Counted from the first letter of the stretch, positions 10,285 through 20,398 are shown. The stretch is 64,000 bases of DNA from a bacterium (GCA_030615605.1 JAUWYY010000006.1:11847-75846), one strand, 5' to 3'. Made by a program: numbers and translations. The notes: generated by a model from the sequence alone, not told the origin.

Positions 10285-10307
10285 GACAGGCGAGCTGCCT
10301 GTCCTAC
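10285..10307 (-). repeat. GTAG-type REP-like palindrome between nuoM and nuoN
   Basis: Reverse strand reads GTAG-GACAGGC-AGCTC-GCCTGTC (GTAG tail plus a perfect 7-bp stem). Confidence 0.6.
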
Positions 10308-10332
10308 TGGGAACTGATGTTAGCTGATTGAT

Positions 10333-11850
10333 ATGCCTTACAATGACCTGAGCATATTTGGTCCCGAATTGAGTCTGTGCGGGCTGGCGCTAGTTGTGCT
10401 GGTCGCCGACCTGATTGTGCCACGACGGTGGCGGCTGGTGCCGGCGGGGTTGGCGGCGGTGGGTCTGGCAGTACCCGTGTATCTGGTAGCAAGCCGCTGG
10501 ATGGCGCCACAGACTTTCGAGTTTATGGGCGCCTACGTCATTGACAGCTTCGCCGATAGCCTGAAGCTGGTGCTGCTGGCGGCGGCCTTCCTGGTGATCC
10601 TGCTCTCAGTTGACTACCTGCGCCGGCTGGAGCGCGGGTTTGGCGAATATTTCGCGCTGGTGCTGTTTTCGCTGACGGGAATGATGCTGCTCACCGGCGC
10701 GTTTGACCTGATCATTATTTATCTGGCCTTCGAGATGATTAGCCTGTCCTGCTATGTGCTGACCGGCTACATGAGGCAGGATCGCAAGTCCAATGAAGCG
10801 GCGCTGAAGTATTTTCTGTATGGGGCAGCAGCTTCGGGGGTGATGCTGTACGGCATCTCGCTCATCTACGGGTTGGGTGGCTCAACTCGCCTCAGCGAGA
10901 TTGCCGCCCGCTTTATGGCCTCGGGGCCGACGGCGGCCGTCGCGGTACAGCCGGCCTTCCTGCAGAGCACGCTGGTGCAGGCGGGGATACCGGAGATCTA
11001 TGTGCTGCGACTGGCTGAGTTGATGATGCCGCTGGCGGTGGTTATGGTCATGGTGGGACTGGGCTTCAAGATCGCCATGGTCCCGTTCCACGCCTGGGCG
11101 CCGGATGCCTACGAGGGCGCTCCCACGCCGATAACTGCGTTCTTGTCAGTCGCGCCGAAGGCGGCGGGCTTCGCGTTGCTTGTGCGTCTGGTGCTGTTGT
11201 GGCAGCCACTGCTAATGGCGCACTGGCCGGCGCTGCTGGCGGCGCTGGCCACTATTACGATGTTCGGCGGCAATCTGTGGGCCATTCGTCAGACCAATAT
11301 CAAGCGGATGCTGGCCTATTCGTCAATCGCCCACGCCGGCTACCTGCTCATCGGTGTGGTGGTAGCGGCCAGCGATGCAATTGGTCAGCACGGGATCATC
11401 GTCTATTTCGCGGCTTATCTGTTTATGAATATCGGAGCATTTGCGGTGGTATTGTTGGTGGCGCGCAACCGGGGCAGCGAGGAAATTGCCGACTTCGCAG
11501 GAATGTACCGGACAGCGCCAGTATTCGCTGCGGCGATGGTCATCTTCCTGCTATCGCTGACGGGCATTCCGCCAACTGCGGGCTTTGTGGGCAAGCTGTA
11601 TATTTTCGGCGCAGCTATAAGCACCGGCAAGTGGGCGTGGCTGGCGGTAGTTGGTATCATTAACAGCGCAATCTCGCTATACTACTATATGAACATCGTC
11701 CGGGTGATGTACTTCGGGGAGCCGGGAGACGAAGCAATGACCATTCAGCCGGTGGGCATCACGATAGTAGCTGCCATCTGCCTGGTGGGCACATTCGCGA
11801 TCGGGCTGTTCCCGCAGGCGATAATTGAGCTTATTCAGCAGTATATCTAG
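10333..11850 (+). CDS. nuoN: NADH-quinone oxidoreductase subunit N
   Basis: SNEAALKYF, FKIAMVPFHAWAPDAYEGAPTP, KRMLAYSSIAHAGY, GIPPTAGFVGK. Confidence 0.97.
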   Translation: MPYNDLSIFGPELSLCGLALVVLVADLIVPRRWRLVPAGLAAVGLAVPVYLVASRWMAPQTFEFMGAYVIDSFADSLKLVLLAAAFLVILLSVDYLRRLERGFGEYFALVLFSLTGMMLLTGAFDLIIIYLAFEMISLSCYVLTGYMRQDRKSNEAALKYFLYGAAASGVMLYGISLIYGLGGSTRLSEIAARFMASGPTAAVAVQPAFLQSTLVQAGIPEIYVLRLAELMMPLAVVMVMVGLGFKIAMVPFHAWAPDAYEGAPTPITAFLSVAPKAAGFALLVRLVLLWQPLLMAHWPALLAALATITMFGGNLWAIRQTNIKRMLAYSSIAHAGYLLIGVVVAASDAIGQHGIIVYFAAYLFMNIGAFAVVLLVARNRGSEEIADFAGMYRTAPVFAAAMVIFLLSLTGIPPTAGFVGKLYIFGAAISTGKWAWLAVVGIINSAISLYYYMNIVRVMYFGEPGDEAMTIQPVGITIVAAICLVGTFAIGLFPQAIIELIQQYI

Positions 11851-11912
11851 ACGCGGCTTGTTCCCCCACCATACGGCCGATAGCGTATGCACTGAACGGT
11901 CGGGAGCCGGAT

Positions 11913-12920
11913 ATGAGTAGCCAAACCAAAACGAAGGTTCAGAGGCCGGTATCGGCGAGCAGCCCCTGGCGAGAACTCTATGCTCCCATCGCCGAGAAAT
12001 TGGCCCGAGCTGAGCAGCTCCTCCAGCAGATAGCCGAGAGCAGTTCGCCGATTGTTGAGGAGGTAGCAAGCCACACCGTGGGCAAGCGGCTGCGCCCGGC
12101 GCTGTTGCTGCTGTGTGCTGAGGCCTGCGGGCAGATCAGCGATCAGGCGGTCAGATTGGCCGCAGTAGTGGAACTCGTGCACTCCGGCTCGCTGCTGCAC
12201 GATGATGTACTTGACGAAGCTGAGATGCGCCGGGGGACAGAGTCGGCCTGGCGCAAGTGGGGAGTCTCCCGGGCGGTGCTGGTCGGTGACTACCTGGCCG
12301 CGGCAGCCTACCGCTATCTGGCTGAGCACGACGACAACGATGACTTGAATATCCTAACCCAGGCCATCGGCAAGATGTGTGAGGCGGAGCTGCTGAGTCT
12401 GGAGCGCGGCGACGAAATTGACGAACAGGTCTATCTGCAGATTGTTGCTGGAAAGACTGCCGCCTTGTTTTCAGCCAGTTGCCGGCTGGGGGCGAAGGCG
12501 GCTGAAGCCCACGAGGAGATCCAGTCTGAGCTGGCTGCTTTCGGGCATGACCTGGGTCTGGCATTCCAGATAACCGATGACCTGCTGAATTTATACGGTG
12601 ATGCAGACGCGCTGGGCAAGTCGGTGGGGCAGGATCAGCCCCGAGGCATGCGGACGCTGGCAGTCATCCATGCCTTGGAAAATGATGACTCGGGACGGAT
12701 TGGCCGGCTGGTTGAGGAACTGTCTGAGGACACTGGCGGCAAAGAGGCCCGGGCAACTCTGGCAGCGCAGGTGGAGCAGGCCGGCGGCCGCAGCTACGCC
12801 GAGCAGTGTGCTCGCGACCACATAACTTCAGCGCAGCGCCATCTGCAAATCCTATCACCCTCCCCCAGCCGAGAAGCCCTCTTCGGCCTGACCAAGCAGA
12901 CTGTGGGCCGCATCAGCTAA
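11913..12920 (+). CDS. Polyprenyl (hepta/octaprenyl-type) diphosphate synthase family protein
   Basis: GKRLRP, HDDVLD..RRG first Asp-rich motif, GKTA, FQITDDLLN. Confidence 0.9.
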   Translation: MSSQTKTKVQRPVSASSPWRELYAPIAEKLARAEQLLQQIAESSSPIVEEVASHTVGKRLRPALLLLCAEACGQISDQAVRLAAVVELVHSGSLLHDDVLDEAEMRRGTESAWRKWGVSRAVLVGDYLAAAAYRYLAEHDDNDDLNILTQAIGKMCEAELLSLERGDEIDEQVYLQIVAGKTAALFSASCRLGAKAAEAHEEIQSELAAFGHDLGLAFQITDDLLNLYGDADALGKSVGQDQPRGMRTLAVIHALENDDSGRIGRLVEELSEDTGGKEARATLAAQVEQAGGRSYAEQCARDHITSAQRHLQILSPSPSREALFGLTKQTVGRIS

Positions 12921-13073
12921 CAGCGCTCTGGCTGCAAGGAATGTCCCCGCCGGTTGGCGCTCATCACAGGCAATTTGTATGTGGTGTGCTTGCCTTCAAC
13001 GGGTTTTGGTGCTAAGATGTGGGTGAGTATTGCGGCGAGATATACAGGCTCGGGGGATAGGGGAGGTCACGCT

Positions 13074-13697
13074 ATGCTATCGCGAAAAGATCAACAGAGT
13101 CGCCAGACCGTCGCTTTCTGGCTGATGGTCGTATTGATCTGCGCTATTGCTGGTGTCTTAAGCTATCAGGTTGGCAAGAACTGGGTGGGCCGGCGTCTGG
13201 CCGAAGTTGACCTGGAGGCTGGGGCTCGGCCCGAGCCACCCGGCGAAATTCCGGCCGCCGACGTGCCCTACGGTGAGCCAGAAGAACCGGCGCCGCTGCG
13301 GCCCGTCGTCGAGATTGAGGAGCGTGAGCCTACTGGAAGTGAAGGGCTGTTCACTCAGCCTGGTCAGGAGGGCGAGCAGACTGTGGAGGGGCCTCAAGAC
13401 GGCGCCGAACTTCATACGAGCGAATCCGAGGCAAGTGGGGATGGCTCCGAGCAGCCCTCGACTGCTGAGGGGGAGTGGGTAGTGACGGCTGGTTCGTTCA
13501 CTGAAGAGGCTAATGCTCGCAGACAGGCTCAGAAGCTGGAGCGGCGGGGCTACAGTCCGTTTATCACCCAGATTGAGAACCGGGGGATCATATATCACCG
13601 GGTCAATGTGAGAACCTTCAGCAAGCGAGACGACGCCGAAGAGCTGGCCCAAAAAGTGCGCGAGGATGGCTTTGTGGCCGCGCTGGTACACCGATAG
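13074..13697 (+). CDS. SPOR-domain membrane protein (FtsN/DedD-like architecture)
   Basis: N-terminal TM, acidic Pro-rich linker, C-terminal WVVTAGSF..ANA..YHRVNV SPOR-like domain; GGAGG RBS before ATG 13074. Confidence 0.8.
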   Translation: MLSRKDQQSRQTVAFWLMVVLICAIAGVLSYQVGKNWVGRRLAEVDLEAGARPEPPGEIPAADVPYGEPEEPAPLRPVVEIEEREPTGSEGLFTQPGQEGEQTVEGPQDGAELHTSESEASGDGSEQPSTAEGEWVVTAGSFTEEANARRQAQKLERRGYSPFITQIENRGIIYHRVNVRTFSKRDDAEELAQKVREDGFVAALVHR

Positions 13698-13740
13698 AAA
13701 GAACGAGGCTCGCTGGTGTCACGTAGCAGGGAGAAACACC

Positions 13741-15078
13741 TTGGATAGCTTGGTTGATATAGCTCAGGCGGCGGTGCAGGCGGCAACTGCCGCGGGCGCT
13801 GACTGGGCCGATGCAATTTGTGCCTCGGCGCGATCGGTTCAGGTCGAGGTGGAAAAAAGCAGTATTAAGCAGTGCGAGGCCCAACGCAGCAGCGGAGTGG
13901 GGGTGCGGGCCTACGTCAACGGCGCAGTAGGGCTGGCCAGTAGTCAGAGTCTGGAGAATAGCCAGGTACGCACGTGCGCCGGACAGGCGGTAACCCTGGC
14001 GAGAGCCGCCCATCGCGATCCGGACTTCGTAGCATTACCCCAGCCCAGCGCAGTGCAGCGAGTCCCCGAGCTGTTTGATGAGGATGTTGCCGCCCTGGAT
14101 TCAGCCCGAGTAGTGCGGTGGTGCCAGGAAGGCATTGAGGAGGCGTGTGAGGTTAATCCGAATGTAGCGCTGTCGGGTGGTGCCTCGCTGGCTGAGGGTG
14201 AGTACGGGCTGGCCAGTTCCACCGGCGTAGCCTTGAGCGATCGTGGGACCTCCATACAAGTCTTCTTTATGGCGGTGGTGCGCGACGGCGAGGACGTGGG
14301 CAGCTATTTTGAGTACGATGTAGCCCGACGGCTCGAGGATTTCGTGCCGGTCGGGGTCGCCGGTCAGGCCACAGAGCAGGCCGGCAACTTCCTGGGCGCC
14401 CGACATATGAAGACCGCGCGGCTGCCGGTGGTGATGGGGCCACTAAGCGCTGGCGATTTTCTTACAGATCCTATTGAGGCAGCGGATGCCGAGAGTATCC
14501 AGCGCGAGCGCACTTATATGGTCGGCAAGGCCGGCCAGCAGATTGGCAGTGAAGCAATCACTATTATCGAGGACCCCTTTGTGCCAGCCGGGGTCTCTTC
14601 GGAGGGCTGGGATGCCGAGGGAGTACCGAAGCAACAGCGGGCCTTGATTGACGCAGGTGTGCTGACCACCTACTTGCATAATTCATACACAGCCAACAAG
14701 GCGGGAGTGGACAACACCGCGCATGCGGCTCGTGGTGGCTATTCCCCCAGTGTCAGCATCTCGGCCAGTAACTTGCTGATTGAGCCGGGTCAACTTACCG
14801 AAGCCGAGTTGATTGCCGAAATTGACGAGGGGCTGTATATCAATGCTGCCCAGGTACAGCCTGATGCGGCCAGCGGTGATCTGTCGGTAACGGTGGATTT
14901 TGGCTTCAAGATCGAAGATGGCCAACTGGCTTATCCGGTGAAGAATACTATGATTGGCGGCCATATCCTGGAGCTGCTGGCGCAGGTTGATGCCGTCTCC
15001 AGCGATTATCGGGAAGAGCCGGGCAGCATCATCCCCAGCGTGCGGCTCAGCGCAGTGCAGATTATCGGGGCTGAATAG
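13741..15078 (+). CDS. pmbA: TldD/PmbA family protein (PmbA-like, no HExxxH)
   Basis: GVGVRAY, DAEGVP, GVLTTYLH, SGDLS, GFKIEDG..YPVK; TTG start after GGGAG. Confidence 0.85.
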   Translation: MDSLVDIAQAAVQAATAAGADWADAICASARSVQVEVEKSSIKQCEAQRSSGVGVRAYVNGAVGLASSQSLENSQVRTCAGQAVTLARAAHRDPDFVALPQPSAVQRVPELFDEDVAALDSARVVRWCQEGIEEACEVNPNVALSGGASLAEGEYGLASSTGVALSDRGTSIQVFFMAVVRDGEDVGSYFEYDVARRLEDFVPVGVAGQATEQAGNFLGARHMKTARLPVVMGPLSAGDFLTDPIEAADAESIQRERTYMVGKAGQQIGSEAITIIEDPFVPAGVSSEGWDAEGVPKQQRALIDAGVLTTYLHNSYTANKAGVDNTAHAARGGYSPSVSISASNLLIEPGQLTEAELIAEIDEGLYINAAQVQPDAASGDLSVTVDFGFKIEDGQLAYPVKNTMIGGHILELLAQVDAVSSDYREEPGSIIPSVRLSAVQIIGAE

Positions 15079-15165
15079 CGGTAATTAGGCAGACAGTCGT
15101 GCCCCCTGCCTGCTCTGAGCTTGTGGAGGCCTCTTGCTCAATGTGGTCGGGCTCGTCTCAATACC

Positions 15166-15207
15166 GTAGGAGCGACATTCTTGTCGCGACACAAATGTTG
15201 CCCTTAC
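15166..15207. repeat. Degenerate inverted REP doublet between convergent genes
   Basis: GTAGGAGCGACATTCTTGTCGCGA overlapped by an inverted copy reading GTAAGGGCAACATTTGTGTC. Confidence 0.6.
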
Positions 15208-15238
15208 AGAGCGCAAATCTCAGCCGTTGCCAGGTGCC

Positions 15239-16261
15239 CTATTCGTAAGATACCGGCAAGAGCAATTTCAGAGCTTCGAGGCAGCCTTCCACATTCGGAT
15301 CGAGTGGGTATCTGTCGCGCGGTTTCAGCAGGTTCAAATAGGCTGACGGTGTCTCTGCAAACGTTGCGTCTTCCTTGCCCTTACGAAAGGCTTTGTAGCA
15401 GTATCCGTTTGTAACAACCACGACCTTACAGTTGGGAAAGTACTCTGCATACTTCTTTACCTGTTTAGGCGCATAATCGAGGCCCTGCGTGAAGCTCTTG
15501 GTCTCGATGATGAGAAGACACCTATCATTCTCCTTCTCCCCAGTGTATGGCTTCGAGAAGCAAGCAATGTCGGCTCGCCCGCGATCCTTTACCGGCAGTT
15601 CGATCTTAATCTGCTGCTCCGCCCATCCAAGCGCCAAGAGCAGGGGAATGACAAGAAATGTGCGGATTTCATGCTCACGAAGGTCTTGCCGCTTGTCGAG
15701 GCCGTAGTAGTACCCAGCCAGCAGACGAATGCGATTAAACGTAGCAGTCAGCTCTTCAGCCGCTCCCGGACGCAGTCCCTGGCGGATCAGAAACTCCAGT
15801 ATCGTTTGATCACCGACGAGTCTTGTCGGTTCGGGTTCCGGATCATACTTCTCTTCTACCGCGACGCTTGAGAGTATACACTCCGCCATATTCCTTAGCT
15901 CCTGCTTATTCACTCTCATGATCGCGCCCAAGGCCAGACCCTTGGCTGGTTGTGCTGAGTGATGGTCGGGAACATGCCAGTCTACGAAGCAGTATGCCGG
16001 TAGATTCCAGCCGTCGAAGTCTTTAAGCCAGTCTTTATCACCCTCACCTCTGTGCCGGCCATTTCGCTCTACTACTTGCCCCACCGCCCAGAACTTCGTC
16101 TTGCCTTGCTTCAAAATGATCCGGTCGTCCACCCCTACCTTCCTCATCGTGCGAATTTGATTCTCCCCGCCCACGAACGCCATGCCGTAGCGAATAAAAT
16201 CCTTGTGGTAGTCGCGTCCAAAGAAGCCAGCGGCGATTTGCCAGTAGTTGTGCTGTGCCAT
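15239..16261 (-). CDS. Stand-alone PD-(D/E)xK nuclease (HsdR N-terminal-like) with a putative PUA/EVE-like N-terminal domain
   Basis: E..IR..LVIPLLLALGW, RADIAC, IIETK, QVKKYA, VVTNG; N-terminal YWQIAAG..DDRIILKQG..AVGQV..VDW; AGGAGG RBS. Confidence 0.75.
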   Translation of the reverse strand: MAQHNYWQIAAGFFGRDYHKDFIRYGMAFVGGENQIRTMRKVGVDDRIILKQGKTKFWAVGQVVERNGRHRGEGDKDWLKDFDGWNLPAYCFVDWHVPDHHSAQPAKGLALGAIMRVNKQELRNMAECILSSVAVEEKYDPEPEPTRLVGDQTILEFLIRQGLRPGAAEELTATFNRIRLLAGYYYGLDKRQDLREHEIRTFLVIPLLLALGWAEQQIKIELPVKDRGRADIACFSKPYTGEKENDRCLLIIETKSFTQGLDYAPKQVKKYAEYFPNCKVVVVTNGYCYKAFRKGKEDATFAETPSAYLNLLKPRDRYPLDPNVEGCLEALKLLLPVSYE

Positions 16262-16354
16262 TATTGAAGCCCTTCCTCCTGGTGTGTCATTGTATTCATG
16301 GTTGCACGCACCTCGACCTCCAGTTCGCCCATTATCGCGTCCAACGGTAGTATA

Positions 16355-16771
16355 TCAGGGATAGATCTCATCAATTAGCTTCTGTTGAATTTGCTCCATC
16401 TCGGCTCGGCCCGCCTCGGTTTGGTCTTCGTAGCCCATCACGTGCAGCAGCCCGTGAATGGCCAGCAGGCATAGCTCCGCCATCAGACTGTGGCCGTACT
16501 GCTGGGCCTGACGCTGGGCCGTCTGCACCGAGATTATGATCTCCCCGCTGCTGCCCTCGGTGTCCTGCTCGGCCTCGAAGGCGATGACGTCGGTCGGTTC
16601 ACAGCGTTGAAGGAGTTGGCGGTTAAGCCGGGAGATTCTCGCGTCGTCAACCAGGGCGACACTGAGGCTGTCCACGGTGGTGCCTAGCTGCCGGGCGGCG
16701 GCCTCCAGCACTTGCTTGAGCCTGTCGCGGTCAACAGAGACGGATTGGAGGCTGCGCAATTGTATCTTCAT
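16355..16771 (-). CDS. ybeY: rRNA maturation endoribonuclease YbeY
   Basis: PTDVIAF, GEIIIS, HGLLHVMGYED; phoH operon context. Confidence 0.93.
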   Translation of the reverse strand: MKIQLRSLQSVSVDRDRLKQVLEAAARQLGTTVDSLSVALVDDARISRLNRQLLQRCEPTDVIAFEAEQDTEGSSGEIIISVQTAQRQAQQYGHSLMAELCLLAIHGLLHVMGYEDQTEAGRAEMEQIQQKLIDEIYP

Positions 16772-16801
16772 TGTTTGGCGGAATGTTGGCGCAGTGGCGG
16801 G

Positions 16802-18958
16802 TTAGGAATGGGTGCTTTGGGATTGGCCGTAAGCCTTGGCAACCTCTTCGGCATCGCGCTCGATCTGGTCGGGGTACTTGATGCGCTGGTGAAACATTGT
16901 GTTGAGGCTGTCAATGAGACTCTGCTTGACCTTATCAACTTCAGCGAAGGTCAACGGACACTCGTCAAGTTGGCCATCTTCAATCTTCTCGTCAACGAGT
17001 CGGTTGACCAGGGCTTGTACTTTGGTAGGGATAGGTTCGTCGAGAGTGCGGGCGGCGGCCTCGACTACGTCGGCAAGCATCACAATGGCATTCTCTTTAG
17101 TCTGGGGACGGGGCCCGGGGTAACGAAATGCTTCTTTACTGACCTCTTCGTCTTCTTCGGCCTGATCGCAAGCCTTTTCATAGAAGTATCGGATCAGGTA
17201 AGTGCCGTGGCTCTGGGGGATGGCGTTAGCGATCGGCTGGGGGATGCCTGCATCTTCCGCTAGCTGCAGGCCGTCTTTGACGTGAGCGGTTATTATCAGG
17301 GCGCTAAGGTGAGGACTGAGCTTGTCGTGGGGATTTTCGCCGCCGAACTGGTTTTCCACGAAGAAGTAGGGCCGCTTGATCTTGCCGATATCGTGATACA
17401 GGGCAGCGGTGTGAGCCAGGAGGCTGTTGGCACTGATAGCTTCAGCGGCCTGTTCGGCCAGGTTGGCGACCATAATCGAGGACTGGTAGCTAGCTGGCGC
17501 TTCCCGCCGGAGTTGGCGCAGGATTGGCTCGTTGGGGTTGGATAGCTCCATAAGTCGCAGGTCAGTAAGCAGTTGCAGAGGGCCTTCGAGGACGACAATT
17601 ACCCCGATTGAGAGCAGGGCAGCGGCTACCCCACCTACTGCCGTGACCCCGGCTATGTGCCACTGCTGGGTTAGATCGAAAGCTGCTGTGGCGATAACCA
17701 GTACCAGGGCATTGCCCACAGCCACCATCACCGCCGCTCGGGTGATGGTTCGGGTCCAACTGCCGCGGATGGTGCTGACATTGGCTGCAAACAAACCGCA
17801 TATTATTGTCGCTACCACCAGCCGAACGTCATTGGAAGGTGTAGCCAGGCCAACCAGCGGCCCGAGCAAGAGCGCGAGAAACGAGCCGAGCACCGGGCGC
17901 GTCGCCAGGGCTATCACCATACACGCTGCGGTGGCTGTGGTGAGAACTATCGCCTCAAAGTACGACGATTGCTGGCTTATACGGAATACAAGTGTTGCTA
18001 CAATTACAACCACACTGAGCAGCGCCATTTGCCGCATATCCCCGTAGACTCCGGGAGTGAAGCGAAGAGCACACGCCCACAGTATGGCAACTATCGCTGA
18101 TAGCAGGGCCAGAATTCCCAGAACTTGAGAGTAGTCAACGACGGGATTAACCAGACCGACGGCTCGGAAGATATCCATATGGTGAGAAGTTACTGTTTCC
18201 CCCTCAGTAGTTATGATCTCACCAGTTTGGATGGTGCGCTCGATCGGTTCTACTGCCTGGCGTGCCGCGGCTCGCTCTTGCTCGGTCAACTCACGATCGA
18301 AGACCAGATTCGGCTTAATAGTAAGTTGGGCGATTTCAGTAGCAGCCGCTGCCGCGGCGCTGGTCAGGTTCATTTGCTCGGCTTGTTCGGCGATTGTGCC
18401 TTGCGCATTCTTGAGGTCGCGAGTGCCTTTGCGCAGCCGCTCCTGCATCTGGCTGCTGGCCAGTTCTTGGGTTGCAGCCTTGATCTGATCAAGTGCGGCC
18501 GGCGGTTTCTCGAGAAGCGTCTGCAAGGTTGCTTCGCTCAGGTCGAGAACTATGTGTTTGCGAAGGGCAGCCATTCGGTCTGTGGCGGGCTGGTCAGTGC
18601 TCGGTTGGTGGGTCTCTTGGGCCTGGGAGAAAACTTCGTTGATTACCCGCCTGACGCCAGCCTCAGCATCGGCCACCGGTGAATACTGTTTGGTGACCTT
18701 AGCTGCGGCCTCATCGCGCAGTTTGCTGGTTGCCTCAGTGGCGGTGTAGACGGCGCTACGCGGAGCCTTGATTGTCCGATCAGCGGTGTCTGCTGCCTGC
18801 CAGTCAACCCTGGGGGGTAGAACGCGGGCCCACAAGCTGAAGAATAATAGGCCCACAGTAATGGTCGCCAGCAGTAAGCGGCGCAGGGGAAGTTCCTTCA
18901 GGCCGAAAAGCCGGGACGCCGACGACCGGTCGCTGGCCTGTCTTTTCACTTGAGGCAT
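16802..18958 (-). CDS. 7TM-HDIG protein (PgpH c-di-AMP phosphodiesterase family), apparently degenerate active site
   Basis: Extracytoplasmic domain, multiple TMs, ELSNPNEPIL, YHDIGK, FFVENQ, YPGPRPQTKE, MLAD; lies between phoH and ybeY. Confidence 0.9.
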   Translation of the reverse strand: MPQVKRQASDRSSASRLFGLKELPLRRLLLATITVGLLFFSLWARVLPPRVDWQAADTADRTIKAPRSAVYTATEATSKLRDEAAAKVTKQYSPVADAEAGVRRVINEVFSQAQETHQPSTDQPATDRMAALRKHIVLDLSEATLQTLLEKPPAALDQIKAATQELASSQMQERLRKGTRDLKNAQGTIAEQAEQMNLTSAAAAAATEIAQLTIKPNLVFDRELTEQERAAARQAVEPIERTIQTGEIITTEGETVTSHHMDIFRAVGLVNPVVDYSQVLGILALLSAIVAILWACALRFTPGVYGDMRQMALLSVVVIVATLVFRISQQSSYFEAIVLTTATAACMVIALATRPVLGSFLALLLGPLVGLATPSNDVRLVVATIICGLFAANVSTIRGSWTRTITRAAVMVAVGNALVLVIATAAFDLTQQWHIAGVTAVGGVAAALLSIGVIVVLEGPLQLLTDLRLMELSNPNEPILRQLRREAPASYQSSIMVANLAEQAAEAISANSLLAHTAALYHDIGKIKRPYFFVENQFGGENPHDKLSPHLSALIITAHVKDGLQLAEDAGIPQPIANAIPQSHGTYLIRYFYEKACDQAEEDEEVSKEAFRYPGPRPQTKENAIVMLADVVEAAARTLDEPIPTKVQALVNRLVDEKIEDGQLDECPLTFAEVDKVKQSLIDSLNTMFHQRIKYPDQIERDAEEVAKAYGQSQSTHS

Positions 18959-18997
18959 CTGGCTTGCTCTCCTCAGCAAACTGGGCCCTGCCAGAGG

Positions 18998-20008
<1,011 letters not shown>

Positions 20009-20056
20009 AGGATCCTCCTAACTGAGAGTCATTCGCGACGCAAGTGGCTGTCGCAT

Positions 20057-20398
20057 CTACCCCGGCGGCCACTGCATGCGTCGGCCGCCCAACAGGTGAA
20101 AATGCAGATGGTCTACTGATTGCCCGGCATCGGCGCCCACGTTGGTCACCAGCCGATAGCCGTCTTTGGCAATTCTCTGGGCCTGGGCGATCTGCGCCGC
20201 CACCATATTGCAGTGTCCCAGCAGTTCGGCCTGCTCTTCGGAGGCGTCGGCCAGGTTCTCGATATGTTGAATAGGGATGATCAGAATGTGTGTCGGAGCT
20301 TGCGGGTTCAGATCGCGGAAGGCGACCACCTGCTCGTCGCGGTAGACGATTTCACTGTCGATCTCGCCAGCGGCAATCTGGCAGAATATACAGCTCAT
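20057..20398 (-). CDS. Histidine triad nucleotide-binding protein (HINT)
   Basis: CIFCQI, PQAPTHILIIP, GQSVDHLHFHLLGGR; AAGGAG RBS before ATG 20398. Confidence 0.95.
   Translation of the reverse strand: MSCIFCQIAAGEIDSEIVYRDEQVVAFRDLNPQAPTHILIIPIQHIENLADASEEQAELLGHCNMVAAQIAQAQRIAKDGYRLVTNVGADAGQSVDHLHFHLLGGRRMQWPPG

Noticed and set aside
13741-15078. PmbA without an adjacent TldD as a novelty
   Set aside because: tldD and pmbA are often unlinked, and lack of HExxxH is normal for PmbA
16261-16332. 23-codon ORF overlapping the nuclease start (TAATG)
   Set aside because: Too short, no clear RBS, and the nuclease gene has its own AGGAGG; likely chance
16425-16460. YbeY third His replaced by Asp (HGLLHVMGYED)
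   Set aside because: Asp at this position occurs in YbeY from several phyla, so it is not evidence of inactivation
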